From Candidatus Zambryskibacteria bacterium RIFCSPLOWO2_01_FULL_39_39 (GTDB lineage: Bacteria > Patescibacteriota > Minisyncoccia > Phycocordibacterales > WO2-35-19): a DNA stretch of 64,000 bases. The DNA lies in assembly GCA_001823925.1 (NCBI GenBank), contig MHWB01000013.1, positions 9,338 to 73,337 of the forward strand, given 5' to 3'. The notes under the pieces are model-generated. The model had not been told where the DNA came from. It did no database searches and worked only from the letters and a program-made list of their open reading frames with translations. Made by a program: the position numbers and the translations under genes. Numbering within the stretch: position 1 is the first letter of the stretch; every line of letters starts with the position of its first letter. This document shows positions 38,683 to 48,648 of this stretch, piece by piece.

Positions 38683-39120
38683 ATGCTCATAGGAGAATAT
38701 ACACACACTATAGATGACAAGAACAGAGTTTCTCTGCCATCTAAGTTTAGATCTCTTATGGGCAAAAAGATTGTGATTACTCCGGGGTTGGATCAGTGTT
38801 TGTTTGCCTTCACCGTCAAAGAATGGGAAAAGATTGCAGGCAAACTATCGGAGAATTCATCAATACTTTCTTCTGATATGCGTAGTTTTGGAAGATATAT
38901 GTTTGGTGGAGCAAGTGAGGTTGAGGTAGATAATATCGGACGAATTTTGGTTCCGGATTTCCTAAGGGAGCGCGCTAATCTCAAAACTAAAGTAGTTTTG
39001 ATAGGGGTGCAAAATCGATTGGAAATATGGAACGAGAAATCGTGGACCGATTATAAGAGACAAGTAGAAAAAAGTGCCGATGGTCTGGCAGAAAAATTAT
39101 CAGGTCTAGGCATAATGTGA
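38683..39120 (+). CDS. mraZ: Transcriptional regulator MraZ
   Basis: MLIGEYTHTIDDKNRVSLP, DNIGRILVP. Confidence 0.97.
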   Translation: MLIGEYTHTIDDKNRVSLPSKFRSLMGKKIVITPGLDQCLFAFTVKEWEKIAGKLSENSSILSSDMRSFGRYMFGGASEVEVDNIGRILVPDFLRERANLKTKVVLIGVQNRLEIWNEKSWTDYKRQVEKSADGLAEKLSGLGIM

Positions 39121-39129
39121 TCCACCACG

Positions 39130-40029
39130 ATGGCTCATGTAAGTGTTCTTTTAAAAGAAGCTATAGACGGACTCTCTCTGGAAGACGGTGATATCTATTT
39201 GGATGCGACCGTCGGGAGTGGTGGCCACATGGAAGAGGTCTGGCAAAGGATGCAAGGAAGAGTAACTCTTACCGGCATTGATGCCGATCTCATGTCTATA
39301 ACAATAACTGAAGAGAAGTTAGCTCTTTCCGGAGCCAAGCCGAAACTTAGGGTGCTCAATTTTAGAAATATTGATAAAGCTCCTGAAATTTTGGACATCA
39401 AAAATCCAACAAAAATCTTATTTGATCTTGGTTGGAGCACTGACCAGTTTGACGAAGGGGGTAGAGGCTTTAGTTTCCAAAAAGATGAACCTCTCATTAT
39501 GACTTTCGCTAGCAAAGCTACTCTAGACGAAACTACTGCTTATGATGTGGTAAATGTCTGGGGTGAAGAAAATCTGGCCGACGTTATTTACGGATACGGT
39601 GAAGAAAGGTACGCCAGAAGAATTGCTAAAGCTATAGTAGAGGCAAGAGGAGAGAAACCGATTGAAACCTCAAAGGAGTTGGCAGAGGTGGTAAAAGCTT
39701 CGGTACCGATATTTTATCGCTTTGGGAGGATTCACCCAGCCACCAGGACTTTCCAAGCCATAAGAATAGCCGTCAATGACGAACTTCAGGCTCTCAGGGG
39801 AGGTTTGGAAAAGGGGTTTGAGATTTTGAAAGAAGGGGGCAAGATGGCCGTGATCTCATTTCATAGCTTGGAAGACAGAATAGTTAAAAACTTCTTCAAA
39901 CAGCAAGTGGCCATGAATAGAGGAAAACTTCTAAACAAAAAGCCAATTGTACCAAGTGAGGAAGAGATAGGTAACAACCCAAGATCTAGAAGTGCCAAAC
40001 TAAGAATACTTCAAAAAATCTCAGCATAA
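39130..40029 (+). CDS. rsmH: 16S rRNA m4C1402 methyltransferase
   Basis: HVSVLL, DATVGSGGH, FQAIRIAVNDEL, NPRSRSAKLR. Confidence 0.98.
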   Translation: MAHVSVLLKEAIDGLSLEDGDIYLDATVGSGGHMEEVWQRMQGRVTLTGIDADLMSITITEEKLALSGAKPKLRVLNFRNIDKAPEILDIKNPTKILFDLGWSTDQFDEGGRGFSFQKDEPLIMTFASKATLDETTAYDVVNVWGEENLADVIYGYGEERYARRIAKAIVEARGEKPIETSKELAEVVKASVPIFYRFGRIHPATRTFQAIRIAVNDELQALRGGLEKGFEILKEGGKMAVISFHSLEDRIVKNFFKQQVAMNRGKLLNKKPIVPSEEEIGNNPRSRSAKLRILQKISA

Positions 40030-40059
40030 ATACTTCAAAAAATTTCAATATAAATAAAA

Positions 40060-40386
40060 ATGGCCGATATTATAAAACAAAAAACCAAGTCTCTAGTGAT
40101 GCACAAGATCACCAATTATGCGCTAGCTTTTTTTATCTTTGCTCTCGCTTTTTCTTATATATATTTTGCCAATCTGGCTGTCCGCAACCTAACTATCTTA
40201 GAGAAAACAAAAGACAAGAAGCAGTCTTTAAGTGTGACAGTAAGCGAAATGGAATCAAAACGTCTTTCAATAGAAAACACCATGAATATGGAAAAGACGC
40301 TAAGTTTGGGTTTTGTGGAAGTAGAAAATCCTATTTTTATAATGAAGTCTGCTAAAAAGACTACTCTTTCTCTTAAAATAGATTAA
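40060..40386 (+). CDS. FtsL-like protein
   Basis: Single TM plus coiled coil, between rsmH and ftsI. Confidence 0.7.
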   Translation: MADIIKQKTKSLVMHKITNYALAFFIFALAFSYIYFANLAVRNLTILEKTKDKKQSLSVTVSEMESKRLSIENTMNMEKTLSLGFVEVENPIFIMKSAKKTTLSLKID

Positions 40387-40395
40387 AATAAATAA

Positions 40396-42117
40396 ATGAC
40401 CGGCAGGATTCGTTTTTTATCCATTATTATAATCATGGTGGCGCTCATCATGTCTATTCGTTTGTATTTTGTGCAAATAGTACATGGTAAGTCCTTCACA
40501 ACTCTCGCCGAGAGACAAAATATAAACGAAAATACTATTTCTTATGATAGGGGAGATATTTATTTTGAAAGCAAAGATGGAGAAGTGATACCAGCGGCAG
40601 TTTCTAGGTCTGGTTTTACTGTTGCCATAAATCCTAAAATAATAAAAGATCCAGAAGAGATTTATAAAAATTTGAGTAAGGTTTTGGTCTTGGACAAAGA
40701 AGAGTTTATCACCAAAACTTCAAAGAAGACCGACTCTTATGAAGAAATTGCAAAACATTTAAATACAGAAACAGCTGACAAAATAAAAGCTTTAAATATT
40801 TATGGTGTTACCATTGCAACCGATAAATGGCGTTTCTATCCTGGGGGCAAATTGGCCTCTAGCATTATCGGTTTTGTGGCCTACAACGAAGACGAATTGG
40901 CTGGTCGGTATGGGTTGGAAAGATACTATGAAGATATTTTAAAAAAAGATCCTTCCAAAGCTTATAACAATTTTTTTGCTGAATTTTTTTCTAATGTTAA
41001 AGAATCCCTGTCGCAGTATCCACAAGAGGAAGGTAATATCATCACTTCTATTGAACCGGCAGTGGAGCTTTTCCTTGAAGATGAACTGAAAAATGTCAGG
41101 GAAAAGTGGGGAAGCAATGGGGCGGGTGGCATAATCATAAATCCAATGAATGGAGAGATTGTGGCGATGGCTTGGAACCCGTCTTTTGATTTAAACAATT
41201 TTAAAGAAAGTGATGTCAGTCTTTTCAATAATCCCTTAGTGGAAAATAGATACGAAATGGGTTCTATCATAAAACCTCTCACTATGGCGTCTGGTATTGA
41301 CTTGGGTACAGTTTCGGCAACTAGCACTTATTACGATGCCGGCTTTTTATTTTTAAACAACAAGCGTATTTCAAACTATGACAATAAAGGTAGGGGCACG
41401 GTTAGTATGCAAGAAGTCTTAAATCAATCTTTAAACACAGGCGCTGCCTTTGTGGCGATGAAAATGGGCAATGAAAAATTTAGAGATTATATGAAAAATT
41501 TTAGCGTTGGCACAGAAACTGGTATTGATCTGCCAAATGAAGGTATTGGTCTCACCAACAACCTAGATAGCAAAAGAGATATTGAAATTGTCACCGCCTC
41601 TTATGGTCAAGGAGTGGCTTTTACCCCTATCGCTACCGTCAGGGCTCTCTCGAGTTTGGCCAATGGTGGAGTACTCATCACTCCCCACTTAGTTAAAAAA
41701 ATAGAATACGAAACAGGTCTTTCAAAAAAAGTCTCTTTTGCTCCGGGTAAACAGGTGATCAAAAAAGAGACTTCAGAAGAGATTACTCGAATGTTGGTGG
41801 GGGTCGTCGACAAAGCTTTGCGGGGCGGTACCGCCAAAATACCGGGCTACTCGGTGGCGGCCAAAACTGGTACTGCCCAGATGACAGATGAAGGCAGGGC
41901 GGGCTATGTAGAAGGCAAGTATTTGCATTCTTTCTTTGGATATTTCCCAGCTTATAAGCCTAAGTTTTTAGTTTTTCTTTTTCATATTTATCCCAAAGAT
42001 GTTCGCTATGCTTCTGAGACTCTAACCGACCCATTTTTAAACATTACCAAATTTCTTATAAATTATTACCAAATCCCTCCTGATCGGCCGGAAGATCTCA
42101 GTACTAAACCACAATAA
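40396..42117 (+). CDS. ftsI: Division transpeptidase FtsI/PBP3
   Basis: RGDIY, EMGSIIK, SLN, KTGTAQ; dcw position. Confidence 0.9.
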   Translation: MTGRIRFLSIIIIMVALIMSIRLYFVQIVHGKSFTTLAERQNINENTISYDRGDIYFESKDGEVIPAAVSRSGFTVAINPKIIKDPEEIYKNLSKVLVLDKEEFITKTSKKTDSYEEIAKHLNTETADKIKALNIYGVTIATDKWRFYPGGKLASSIIGFVAYNEDELAGRYGLERYYEDILKKDPSKAYNNFFAEFFSNVKESLSQYPQEEGNIITSIEPAVELFLEDELKNVREKWGSNGAGGIIINPMNGEIVAMAWNPSFDLNNFKESDVSLFNNPLVENRYEMGSIIKPLTMASGIDLGTVSATSTYYDAGFLFLNNKRISNYDNKGRGTVSMQEVLNQSLNTGAAFVAMKMGNEKFRDYMKNFSVGTETGIDLPNEGIGLTNNLDSKRDIEIVTASYGQGVAFTPIATVRALSSLANGGVLITPHLVKKIEYETGLSKKVSFAPGKQVIKKETSEEITRMLVGVVDKALRGGTAKIPGYSVAAKTGTAQMTDEGRAGYVEGKYLHSFFGYFPAYKPKFLVFLFHIYPKDVRYASETLTDPFLNITKFLINYYQIPPDRPEDLSTKPQ

Positions 42118-42283
42118 AAAAAGGCTTCCAGGGTGCTCTGCTACGTGCACCCCGGGTAGCCTTAGTGACTGACTCAACGAAAGGGCACCACTCCTTTCGT
42201 GCTGAGGATAGTGGGATCGGTACCTCAACATCCAGCGATTATGACCCGTAGTATCCTGCAAAACAGGACCCTTCGTTGGCTGA
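42116..42283 (-). ncRNA. Candidate structured non-coding RNA
   Basis: GC-rich intergenic segment with several stems, an upstream TTGCAA/CATAAT promoter-like pair and a terminal hairpin plus U-tract. Confidence 0.45.
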
Positions 42284-42336
42284 TTATTATTATGCACGAT
42301 ATTTAAATAATTGCAAATGTGTGCCTAAAACACTTG

Positions 42337-42408
42337 TGACGCTACGGGGGATCGGACCCCGATTCCAGCCTTGAGAAGGCTGTGTCCTAACCATTAGACG
42401 ATAGCGCC
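42337..42408 (-). tRNA. tRNA-Glu(CTC)
   Basis: GGCGCTA acceptor, CAGCC-TTCTCAA-GGCTG anticodon arm, T-loop TCCGATC; CCA not encoded. Confidence 0.93.
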
Positions 42409-42458
42409 TCAAGTAAAAATAATAACACTAAAATCCATTTATACAAATTTTTTAAACT

Positions 42459-42478
42459 TGTAGCGATTAATCGCTACA
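42459..42478. repeat. Perfect 20-bp palindrome TGTAGCGATTAATCGCTACA
   Basis: Identical to 38515-38534. Confidence 0.9.
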
Positions 42479-42617
42479 AATAGATAGTATTGCTTTCTGT
42501 TAGTTTTTTTAATTATTATTATACACACCCTCTATTTTATTTCAAAAAATTACGTTGTATAATTTTGGTGTGAATAAATGGTCGAGTAAACTTAATAAAT
42601 ATTAAAAATTAAATCAA

Positions 42618-42806
42618 ATGGGTAAATTAGCACACTGGCTCCTCATTATTGGAGGCCTCAATTGGCTCCTAGTTGGTCTATTGGGTTGGGATATAGGTAA
42701 TTTGTTTGGTGGACAAGAAGCCGTTGTTTCAAGAATTATCTACATTCTAGTTGGTCTCTCGGCTCTCCTCGCTTTGAAACCAAAATCTTCTGCTCCTCAG
42801 ATGTAA
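42618..42806 (+). CDS. DUF378 small membrane protein
   Basis: LLIIGGLNWLLVG...IYILVGLSAL. Confidence 0.9.
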   Translation: MGKLAHWLLIIGGLNWLLVGLLGWDIGNLFGGQEAVVSRIIYILVGLSALLALKPKSSAPQM

Positions 42807-42833
42807 ATAAAAATAAATCGGGACTAATTATTT

Positions 42834-42892
42834 TGCCCCTTACCTTAGACAAGGTGAGGGGCAGTTCCGCTTTAGCGGAACGGGGTGGGGTC
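42834..42892. repeat. Intergenic double-hairpin element (copy 1)
   Basis: TGCCCCTTACCTT-AGAC-AAGGTGAGGGGCA GTTCCGC-TTTA-GCGGAAC GGGGTGGGGTC; homolog at 55094-55149. Confidence 0.85.
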
Positions 42893-42914
42893 TGAAAAGA
42901 TGGGATAAAACTTT

Positions 42915-42958
42915 GAAGGTGACCTTTTGGAGCAGGGGACAGTTTAAAGGTCACCTTC
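42915..42958. repeat. Hairpin related to the priA/dus family
   Basis: GAAGGTGACCTTT / TGGAGCAGGGGACAGTTT / AAAGGTCACCTTC; loop resembles the reverse complement of the priA loop. Confidence 0.7.
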
Positions 42959-42986
42959 TCAAAAAAATTTGCTATAATAAACGGGT

Positions 42987-45743
42987 ATGGAATATAAATT
43001 CCCATTGCCAAAAGAACCTTTTAAAAATAGAGAAGATGAGATCTCTCATTTACGCAAATTGATTGCCGAAAAAGAAAAGAATTTAGAAAACATTGGTTTA
43101 AAAAAAGATTTTTTAACACCAGCCAAAGAGGCTATCACAGAATACAAGACGGCTCCCACCACTTCAGCGCTCCATCCTGAATATGAAATAAAAAAAGAAG
43201 AAATAGACAAAATCGTACTCAAACTTTCTCCCGAAGAGCACGACAAACAAATAAATGAACTGGTAAATTTGGCCAAAGAAAAGGGCATCAAAAACGCTCT
43301 CTCGGTAGTAGAAAAAATGGGTAATTTCCATATTACCGATGATTTCCATCGTTTTATTGCTGAGTATTTGAAAGAAGGTGCTACTCTCCCCGGTATAAAT
43401 ATTAAAGAGAAAATTTCCAAAGGTTTAAATATGTCTCTTTATGAAATTTTAATACCGGAAGAAAATGATAAGAGCGGTGTTAAAAATACTTTAGAAGAAG
43501 TGATCTCCGGAATGGAGCAATTTTATGCTGGCATGCTCTCTATCTCGGACAGCAGTAAGCAAGAGGAAAATTGGATATCTTTAGAGATAGCTAACGCCAA
43601 TTTTTCTCAAGAAATAATTTTTTATGTGGCGGTACCGTCTTTGCGCAAAAGTCTTTTTGAAAAACAAATTCTCTCTATTTTTCACAATGCTAAAATCACC
43701 GAAAAACCAGATGACTACAATATTTTCAATGAAAAAGGTGTGACTTCTGGCGCTTTTGCCTCTTTTTCCAAAAACCCAATTTACCCTATCAAAACTTATG
43801 AAAGCTTTATCCACGATCCGCTCAATGTGATACTTTCTGGTTTTTCAAAAGTAAACAGAGATGGGGAAGGGGCGGCTATCCAACTCATTTGGTCACCCTC
43901 GGGAGACAAATATGTCAAAAAATATAAAAGCGCTTTAGGTAAACACCAAAAGGGCACACCACTCAAAGAGGCCATCGATATCCCCGATGGTGTTTCGGAA
44001 GAAATTTTACACACCTTTAAAGATGTATTCTTCTCGTCTTCAAAGTCTGGAAAGAAAGATGATTTAGATAAAAAAAGAGAAGGCATCGATGAAGGTGCTG
44101 TAGCCGAAATAAACAAAAAAATAACAGCGCCAATCGTTAGGTGCAACTTGCGCCTTCTTACATCTTCAAATACTAAAGAGGAAGCCGAAGAAATCTTAAA
44201 CAGCTTAAAATCGAGTTTCAATCAGTTTGATAATACTTTGGGCAATGCTTTTGAATGGAAAAAGGCAGAAAAGGGTGATTTGCGAAACTTAGTCAAAAAT
44301 TTTAGTTTTCGTATTTTTGATGACTCTTCTGCTTTGCCGATGAACTTGCGAGAAGTGACTTCAATCATGCATTTCCACACCAAAGCTTTGAGCGCTTCCG
44401 AGGGCCTGCGCCAATCTAGATCGGCTACTGCTCCGGCGCCACTCGATATTGGCAAGGAGGGGATACTGCTTGGTGTAAACAACCACCGTAATGAGAAGAC
44501 AGAGATAAAAATAACTGCTGATGATAGGCTGAGGCACTTCTATTGTATCGGACAGACTGGTACTGGTAAGACGACTCTGCTTAAAGAGATGATTATTCAA
44601 GATATGCAAATGGGTCACGGTGTTTGTATGATCGACCCTCACGGCTCTGACCTGCAATCTGTTTTGGCCAATGTGCCACCCGAGCGTTTCGAAGATGTCA
44701 TCTATTTTGATCCGGCATATACCGCGAGGCCCTCGGCTTTAAATATGCTTGAATATGATGAAAATTTCCCAGAGCAAAAAACTTTTGTGGTCAATGAGCT
44801 TTTTAGTATTTTTAGAAAATTATATGGCAATGTCCCAGAATCAATGGGTCCAGCTTTTGAACAATATTTTAGAAACTCGGCGCTTTTGGTGATGGACGAT
44901 CCAAGTTCAGGTAATACTCTAGTTGATATGTCGCGGGTGCTGTCAAACAAAGCTTACAGAGACCTCAAAATATCTAAATGTAAAAATCCTCTGGTGAAGC
45001 AGTTTTGGGTCAATGCCGAAAAGACGACCGGCGAGCAAGGTTTGTCCAACTATGTACAGTATGTTACCAACAAATTTGATGTCTTTTTGGCAAACGATAT
45101 TATGCGACCAGTTATTGCTCAAGAAAAATCTTCTTTTAATTTCCGCGATATTATGGACAATAAAAAAATACTTCTGGTCAATCTTTCTAAAGGCAGGCTG
45201 GGGGATATCAATGCAAATTTAATAGGACTTATTTTGGTGGGTAAGATACTCATTGCCGCCCTTTCTAGGGTGGATAGTTTTGGCAAAGATTTTCCGCCTT
45301 TCTATCTATATATAGATGAGTTTCAAAATATTACTACCGACTCCATCTCCACCATTTTATCTGAAGCCAGAAAATATAAACTTTCTTTAAACATTGCTCA
45401 CCAATTTATTGCTCAATTGGAAAAGGGTATTAGCGATGCCGTCTTTGGCAACGTCGGCTCCATATGCGCCTTCAGAGTAGGAGCCGAAGATTCTGAGACT
45501 TTGGAGAGTCAATTTGTACCCACTTTCTCTAGTAACGACCTAATGAATATAGACAATTATAATGCTTACTTGAGACTTCTGGTAAATGGCAAACCGGCCA
45601 AACCCTTCAATATAGAAGTGCCACCACCACCCTCGGGGGACATAAATCAGGTAGAAAAACTTAAAGAAATGTCATATCTCAAATACGGCAAACCTCGCGA
45701 AGAGATAGAGAAGCTCGTAATGGAAAAATATAAAATAGCCTAA
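42987..45743 (+). CDS. VirD4/TraD/HerA-like (DUF87) P-loop ATPase
   Basis: DRLRHFYCIGQTGTGKT, IDPHG, YIDEFQN, SEARKY. Confidence 0.9.
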   Translation: MEYKFPLPKEPFKNREDEISHLRKLIAEKEKNLENIGLKKDFLTPAKEAITEYKTAPTTSALHPEYEIKKEEIDKIVLKLSPEEHDKQINELVNLAKEKGIKNALSVVEKMGNFHITDDFHRFIAEYLKEGATLPGINIKEKISKGLNMSLYEILIPEENDKSGVKNTLEEVISGMEQFYAGMLSISDSSKQEENWISLEIANANFSQEIIFYVAVPSLRKSLFEKQILSIFHNAKITEKPDDYNIFNEKGVTSGAFASFSKNPIYPIKTYESFIHDPLNVILSGFSKVNRDGEGAAIQLIWSPSGDKYVKKYKSALGKHQKGTPLKEAIDIPDGVSEEILHTFKDVFFSSSKSGKKDDLDKKREGIDEGAVAEINKKITAPIVRCNLRLLTSSNTKEEAEEILNSLKSSFNQFDNTLGNAFEWKKAEKGDLRNLVKNFSFRIFDDSSALPMNLREVTSIMHFHTKALSASEGLRQSRSATAPAPLDIGKEGILLGVNNHRNEKTEIKITADDRLRHFYCIGQTGTGKTTLLKEMIIQDMQMGHGVCMIDPHGSDLQSVLANVPPERFEDVIYFDPAYTARPSALNMLEYDENFPEQKTFVVNELFSIFRKLYGNVPESMGPAFEQYFRNSALLVMDDPSSGNTLVDMSRVLSNKAYRDLKISKCKNPLVKQFWVNAEKTTGEQGLSNYVQYVTNKFDVFLANDIMRPVIAQEKSSFNFRDIMDNKKILLVNLSKGRLGDINANLIGLILVGKILIAALSRVDSFGKDFPPFYLYIDEFQNITTDSISTILSEARKYKLSLNIAHQFIAQLEKGISDAVFGNVGSICAFRVGAEDSETLESQFVPTFSSNDLMNIDNYNAYLRLLVNGKPAKPFNIEVPPPPSGDINQVEKLKEMSYLKYGKPREEIEKLVMEKYKIA

Positions 45744-45744
45744 T

Positions 45745-45779
45745 AAAAAAGCGTCCACCAAACTTTCTGGTGGGACGCT
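45745..45779. terminator. Terminator between convergent genes
   Basis: A-tract plus AGCGTCCACCA...TGGTGGGACGCT stem. Confidence 0.6.
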
Positions 45780-46068
45780 AGCCGGGGTAAGGATGAGTGT
45801 CGATGAGTTTCATCTGCTCTTCCATACTCACGGCTCGGTGTTTTGAGGTTCGCTCTATGGCGCTTTGTCGCACCATTTTGTTTCGGCGCCTGATCCCCGA
45901 TCTGATACCGAGTCTTTCCCCGATAAGCTTTTTGGCTTCATCGATCTCAAATTCACAAAAGTAATCCCCGGTTACTTCCGTGAATGCCTCATGAAATCCC
46001 ATCCTCTGTCGCATCAAATCTGCGATCCCACTTACGTGAGATGTAAGGATCTTCATCTTCACCTCCAT
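45778..46068 (-). CDS. Hypothetical protein
   Basis: ORF with its own promoter-like elements and terminator; start uncertain. Confidence 0.5.
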   Translation of the reverse strand: MEVKMKILTSHVSGIADLMRQRMGFHEAFTEVTGDYFCEFEIDEAKKLIGERLGIRSGIRRRNKMVRQSAIERTSKHRAVSMEEQMKLIDTHPYPG

Positions 46069-46215
46069 TTCTACTACCATTATACCATGCCTACATTTCT
46101 TGTCAACCAGCAGTTGTGGATATCTCACTCCCTCATTATAAACAAACAAGCCTTGCTCTTTAACTATTTATTGTTATAAAATCATTATAATGGTTTATTA
46201 ACTAATTTAAATATT

Positions 46216-46467
46216 ATGGATTGGCAAAATTTTTATGCAGGTCCTGTCTCCTCTGGTTTTATGGGGGTAGCGGGGTTACTCCTAGTCTTGGTTGTCCTCT
46301 GGACACTTGTCTGGAAAGGGATGGCACTTTGGAAAGCAGCTAAAGAGGGGAGTAAGGGTTGGTTTGTTGTTTTGCTTTTAGTAAATACTCTTGGAATCTT
46401 GGAGATTTTGTATCTGTATGTCTTCAGCAAAAAATCTGGGCAATCAGTAGAAGCACCAAGGCTTTAA
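46216..46467 (+). CDS. DUF5652-like small membrane protein
   Basis: WTLVWKGMALWKAA...WFVVLLLVNTLGILEILY. Confidence 0.85.
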   Translation: MDWQNFYAGPVSSGFMGVAGLLLVLVVLWTLVWKGMALWKAAKEGSKGWFVVLLLVNTLGILEILYLYVFSKKSGQSVEAPRL

Positions 46468-46516
46468 TAAGTGCAAATAATTTCACAATAAAAAGACCCA
46501 CTCTGTAGGTGGGTTC

Positions 46517-46792
46517 TCAGCGATGGGCCGATGCTTGTTGTTGCACTCGGTACACGGTTTTAACCAGCTTTGCTCCGCGATTGGGTGTCGGGTCGATAAG
46601 GATGACAATTCGTATCCCTTCCCGTTCTCGCCAGATGACATCTTGGCCGTCTGGGATGTCTGAGCCTGTCGGGCTGAGTAAAACCTTTTGAAACAATGAT
46701 TCAGAGATGTCTCCTTTTTGCATTTGCTCTTGAGCGTGGCGACTCACAGCCACATTGCCCAATCCCGGCACATCCCTATAAAAGTGCTCCAT
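46517..46792 (-). CDS. DUF4258/RelE-like small protein
   Basis: VSRHAQEQM...IRIVIL...LVKTVY; GGAGG RBS. Confidence 0.55.
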   Translation of the reverse strand: MEHFYRDVPGLGNVAVSRHAQEQMQKGDISESLFQKVLLSPTGSDIPDGQDVIWREREGIRIVILIDPTPNRGAKLVKTVYRVQQQASAHR

Positions 46793-46933
46793 ATCGATAT
46801 CGCCTCCATTTCTAATTTAATTAATGTCTATAATACAGAATACACTTAATGTCTCAATCTGTCAAATTTATATTAAATTTGACTTTGTACATAAGACATG
46901 ATAATATTCTTAGCAGAAGGAGTTTCAACAACA

Positions 46934-47191
46934 GTGTCTAAAAAAATTAGAATAAGTAAAACAAGGATTCAGTTAGAAGTCGGGCCAGAACGTATCAAAG
47001 AGCTCGAGACTCTCATGTCACAGACAGGTCTTCGAACGAAGGCTGATTTACTAGAGAGTGCTCTCGCATTATTTGAGTGGGCAATTCACGAGAGAAGTTC
47101 GGGTAATGTTATTGCCTCCTTGGATGAAGCATCACACGAATTTAAACAGGTTTGTGTACCCAGCATTGAGCGTGTCGCACCAAAGAAATGA
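46934..47191 (+). CDS. Ribbon-helix-helix-like DNA-binding protein
   Basis: RIQLEV...ELETLM..TG..TKADLLESAL; GAAGGAG RBS before GTG at 46934. Confidence 0.65.
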   Translation: MSKKIRISKTRIQLEVGPERIKELETLMSQTGLRTKADLLESALALFEWAIHERSSGNVIASLDEASHEFKQVCVPSIERVAPKK

Positions 47192-47383
47192 CAATGGGGA
47201 GTGCGCACTTATCTGGATCAACCTGCCGCCGTATCAACAGGGATTCCTGCTTGCTTCGGTTGGCGGGTTTTTAATTTTTATATAATTTCAATTCCATCTT
47301 ATGATACTAAATTACCAACAAATCATAAATCAGATTGTATTTTGGTGTGGTTATTGTAAGATGGTGGTGGAGAGGAGACTTTA

Positions 47384-47773
47384 ATGCACCAATCTTGGCA
47401 GACACCAAAAGAGTGGCAGGTAACGGTTGGGCGGTCATTGGGGAAAGTCTTGGAAAATGTTTTAGTCCATGCTGGTGTGTCTCAATACTTTGAACTTGTC
47501 TCTTTCCCCGATGAAGAGACATATCAGATCAAGATTTTCAGACTTGACCCAATGGGAATAAGTTTTTATGAGGGAACAAAAAGTAGAGGGTTTGAATTTT
47601 TGAGAGTTGGCATAAAACACCCAGATATTATCACCATCACTATTTTTGACCATTTGGGGGAAAGGAAAGCTGAATTAAGATTTTATAAGAGCCCCAAAAA
47701 ACTCACAAAAAAAGTAAAAAAAGTATTGGAAGAGAGTCTTTGTGTTTTTTGGATGGAACACATACGAAGCTGA
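47384..47773 (+). CDS. Hypothetical protein
   Basis: AGGAG RBS, 129-aa ORF. Confidence 0.55.
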   Translation: MHQSWQTPKEWQVTVGRSLGKVLENVLVHAGVSQYFELVSFPDEETYQIKIFRLDPMGISFYEGTKSRGFEFLRVGIKHPDIITITIFDHLGERKAELRFYKSPKKLTKKVKKVLEESLCVFWMEHIRS

Positions 47774-47807
47774 AAGTGACCTTTCGGCTTTTTATTTTAA
47801 AATTTAC

Positions 47808-48572
47808 TTACCAACTAATCTTTTTAAAAAGACCACTTAAAGGTCCGTGATCATTTTGAGAAGAATCACTTGTTTTTACCTTTTCTAAATTTTCATCATA
47901 TTTAAGACCCATGCGTATCGGCGCTCGTTTTATGATTTCCAAAATTTCGTCTTCATTGTCGGTTATGGTGTATAAAGAAAGATCATTTTCTTCAATTGAC
48001 ATATTTTGTAGAAGCACTTCTCTAAAAAAAAGTTCTAAATGATTCCAAAAAGAGGTACCAATTAAAATAATTGGAGCTTTAGGAATTTTATTAGTTTGAA
48101 CTAGGGTCAAGATTTCCAAAAATTCATCTAAGGTGCCAAAACCGCCTGGGAAGAAAATATAAGCTTCGGCACTAAACGCCAGACAGACCTTCCGGCTAAA
48201 AAAATAATGAAAGTCTTCTTTATCGGTTAAGTATTGGTTGGTAAGTTGTTCGTGGGGCAAGTCAATCGTCAGTCCTAAGGAATTGCCACCAGCTTCAAAA
48301 GCACCACGGTTGGCGGCCTCCATTATGCCCGGTCCGCCACCGGTGGTAACAGAATAATGAAGCTCTTTTACAATTCTGCTCGCAAGTCCTTCAGCTTTTT
48401 TGTAATACAGGTCGTCTTCTTTAATTCTGGCTGAACCAAAAAAAGTGACAGAGCGAGGATAATTTTTTATAAACTCAAAACCATTTTCAAATTCTTTGGA
48501 TATAAAAGTAACTCGCCTCCTAGCGGCCTCGCTTATTTCAAGTAGAGTTAAGGGTTTAATATTGTTGTCCAT
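47808..48572 (-). CDS. LOG family (TIGR00730) protein
   Basis: FFGSAR, TGGGPGIMEAANRGA, PGGFGTLDE. Confidence 0.95.
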   Translation of the reverse strand: MDNNIKPLTLLEISEAARRRVTFISKEFENGFEFIKNYPRSVTFFGSARIKEDDLYYKKAEGLASRIVKELHYSVTTGGGPGIMEAANRGAFEAGGNSLGLTIDLPHEQLTNQYLTDKEDFHYFFSRKVCLAFSAEAYIFFPGGFGTLDEFLEILTLVQTNKIPKAPIILIGTSFWNHLELFFREVLLQNMSIEENDLSLYTITDNEDEILEIIKRAPIRMGLKYDENLEKVKTSDSSQNDHGPLSGLFKKISW

Positions 48573-48648
48573 ATATCTACATTTTAATGGTTTTAAATAA
48601 TAAGGCAATATGCTATATTGTGAGGGTTATAAACTAAGAGTAAATCAG

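Noticed and set aside
42037-42297. 86-aa minus-strand ORF
   Set aside because: Overlaps the ftsI end, crosses a terminator-like hairpin and has no RBS or motif; a structured RNA fits better.
42987-45743. Conjugative element around the VirD4-like ATPase
   Set aside because: No relaxase, virB genes or integrase nearby; such ATPases are common stand-alone genes in CPR genomes.
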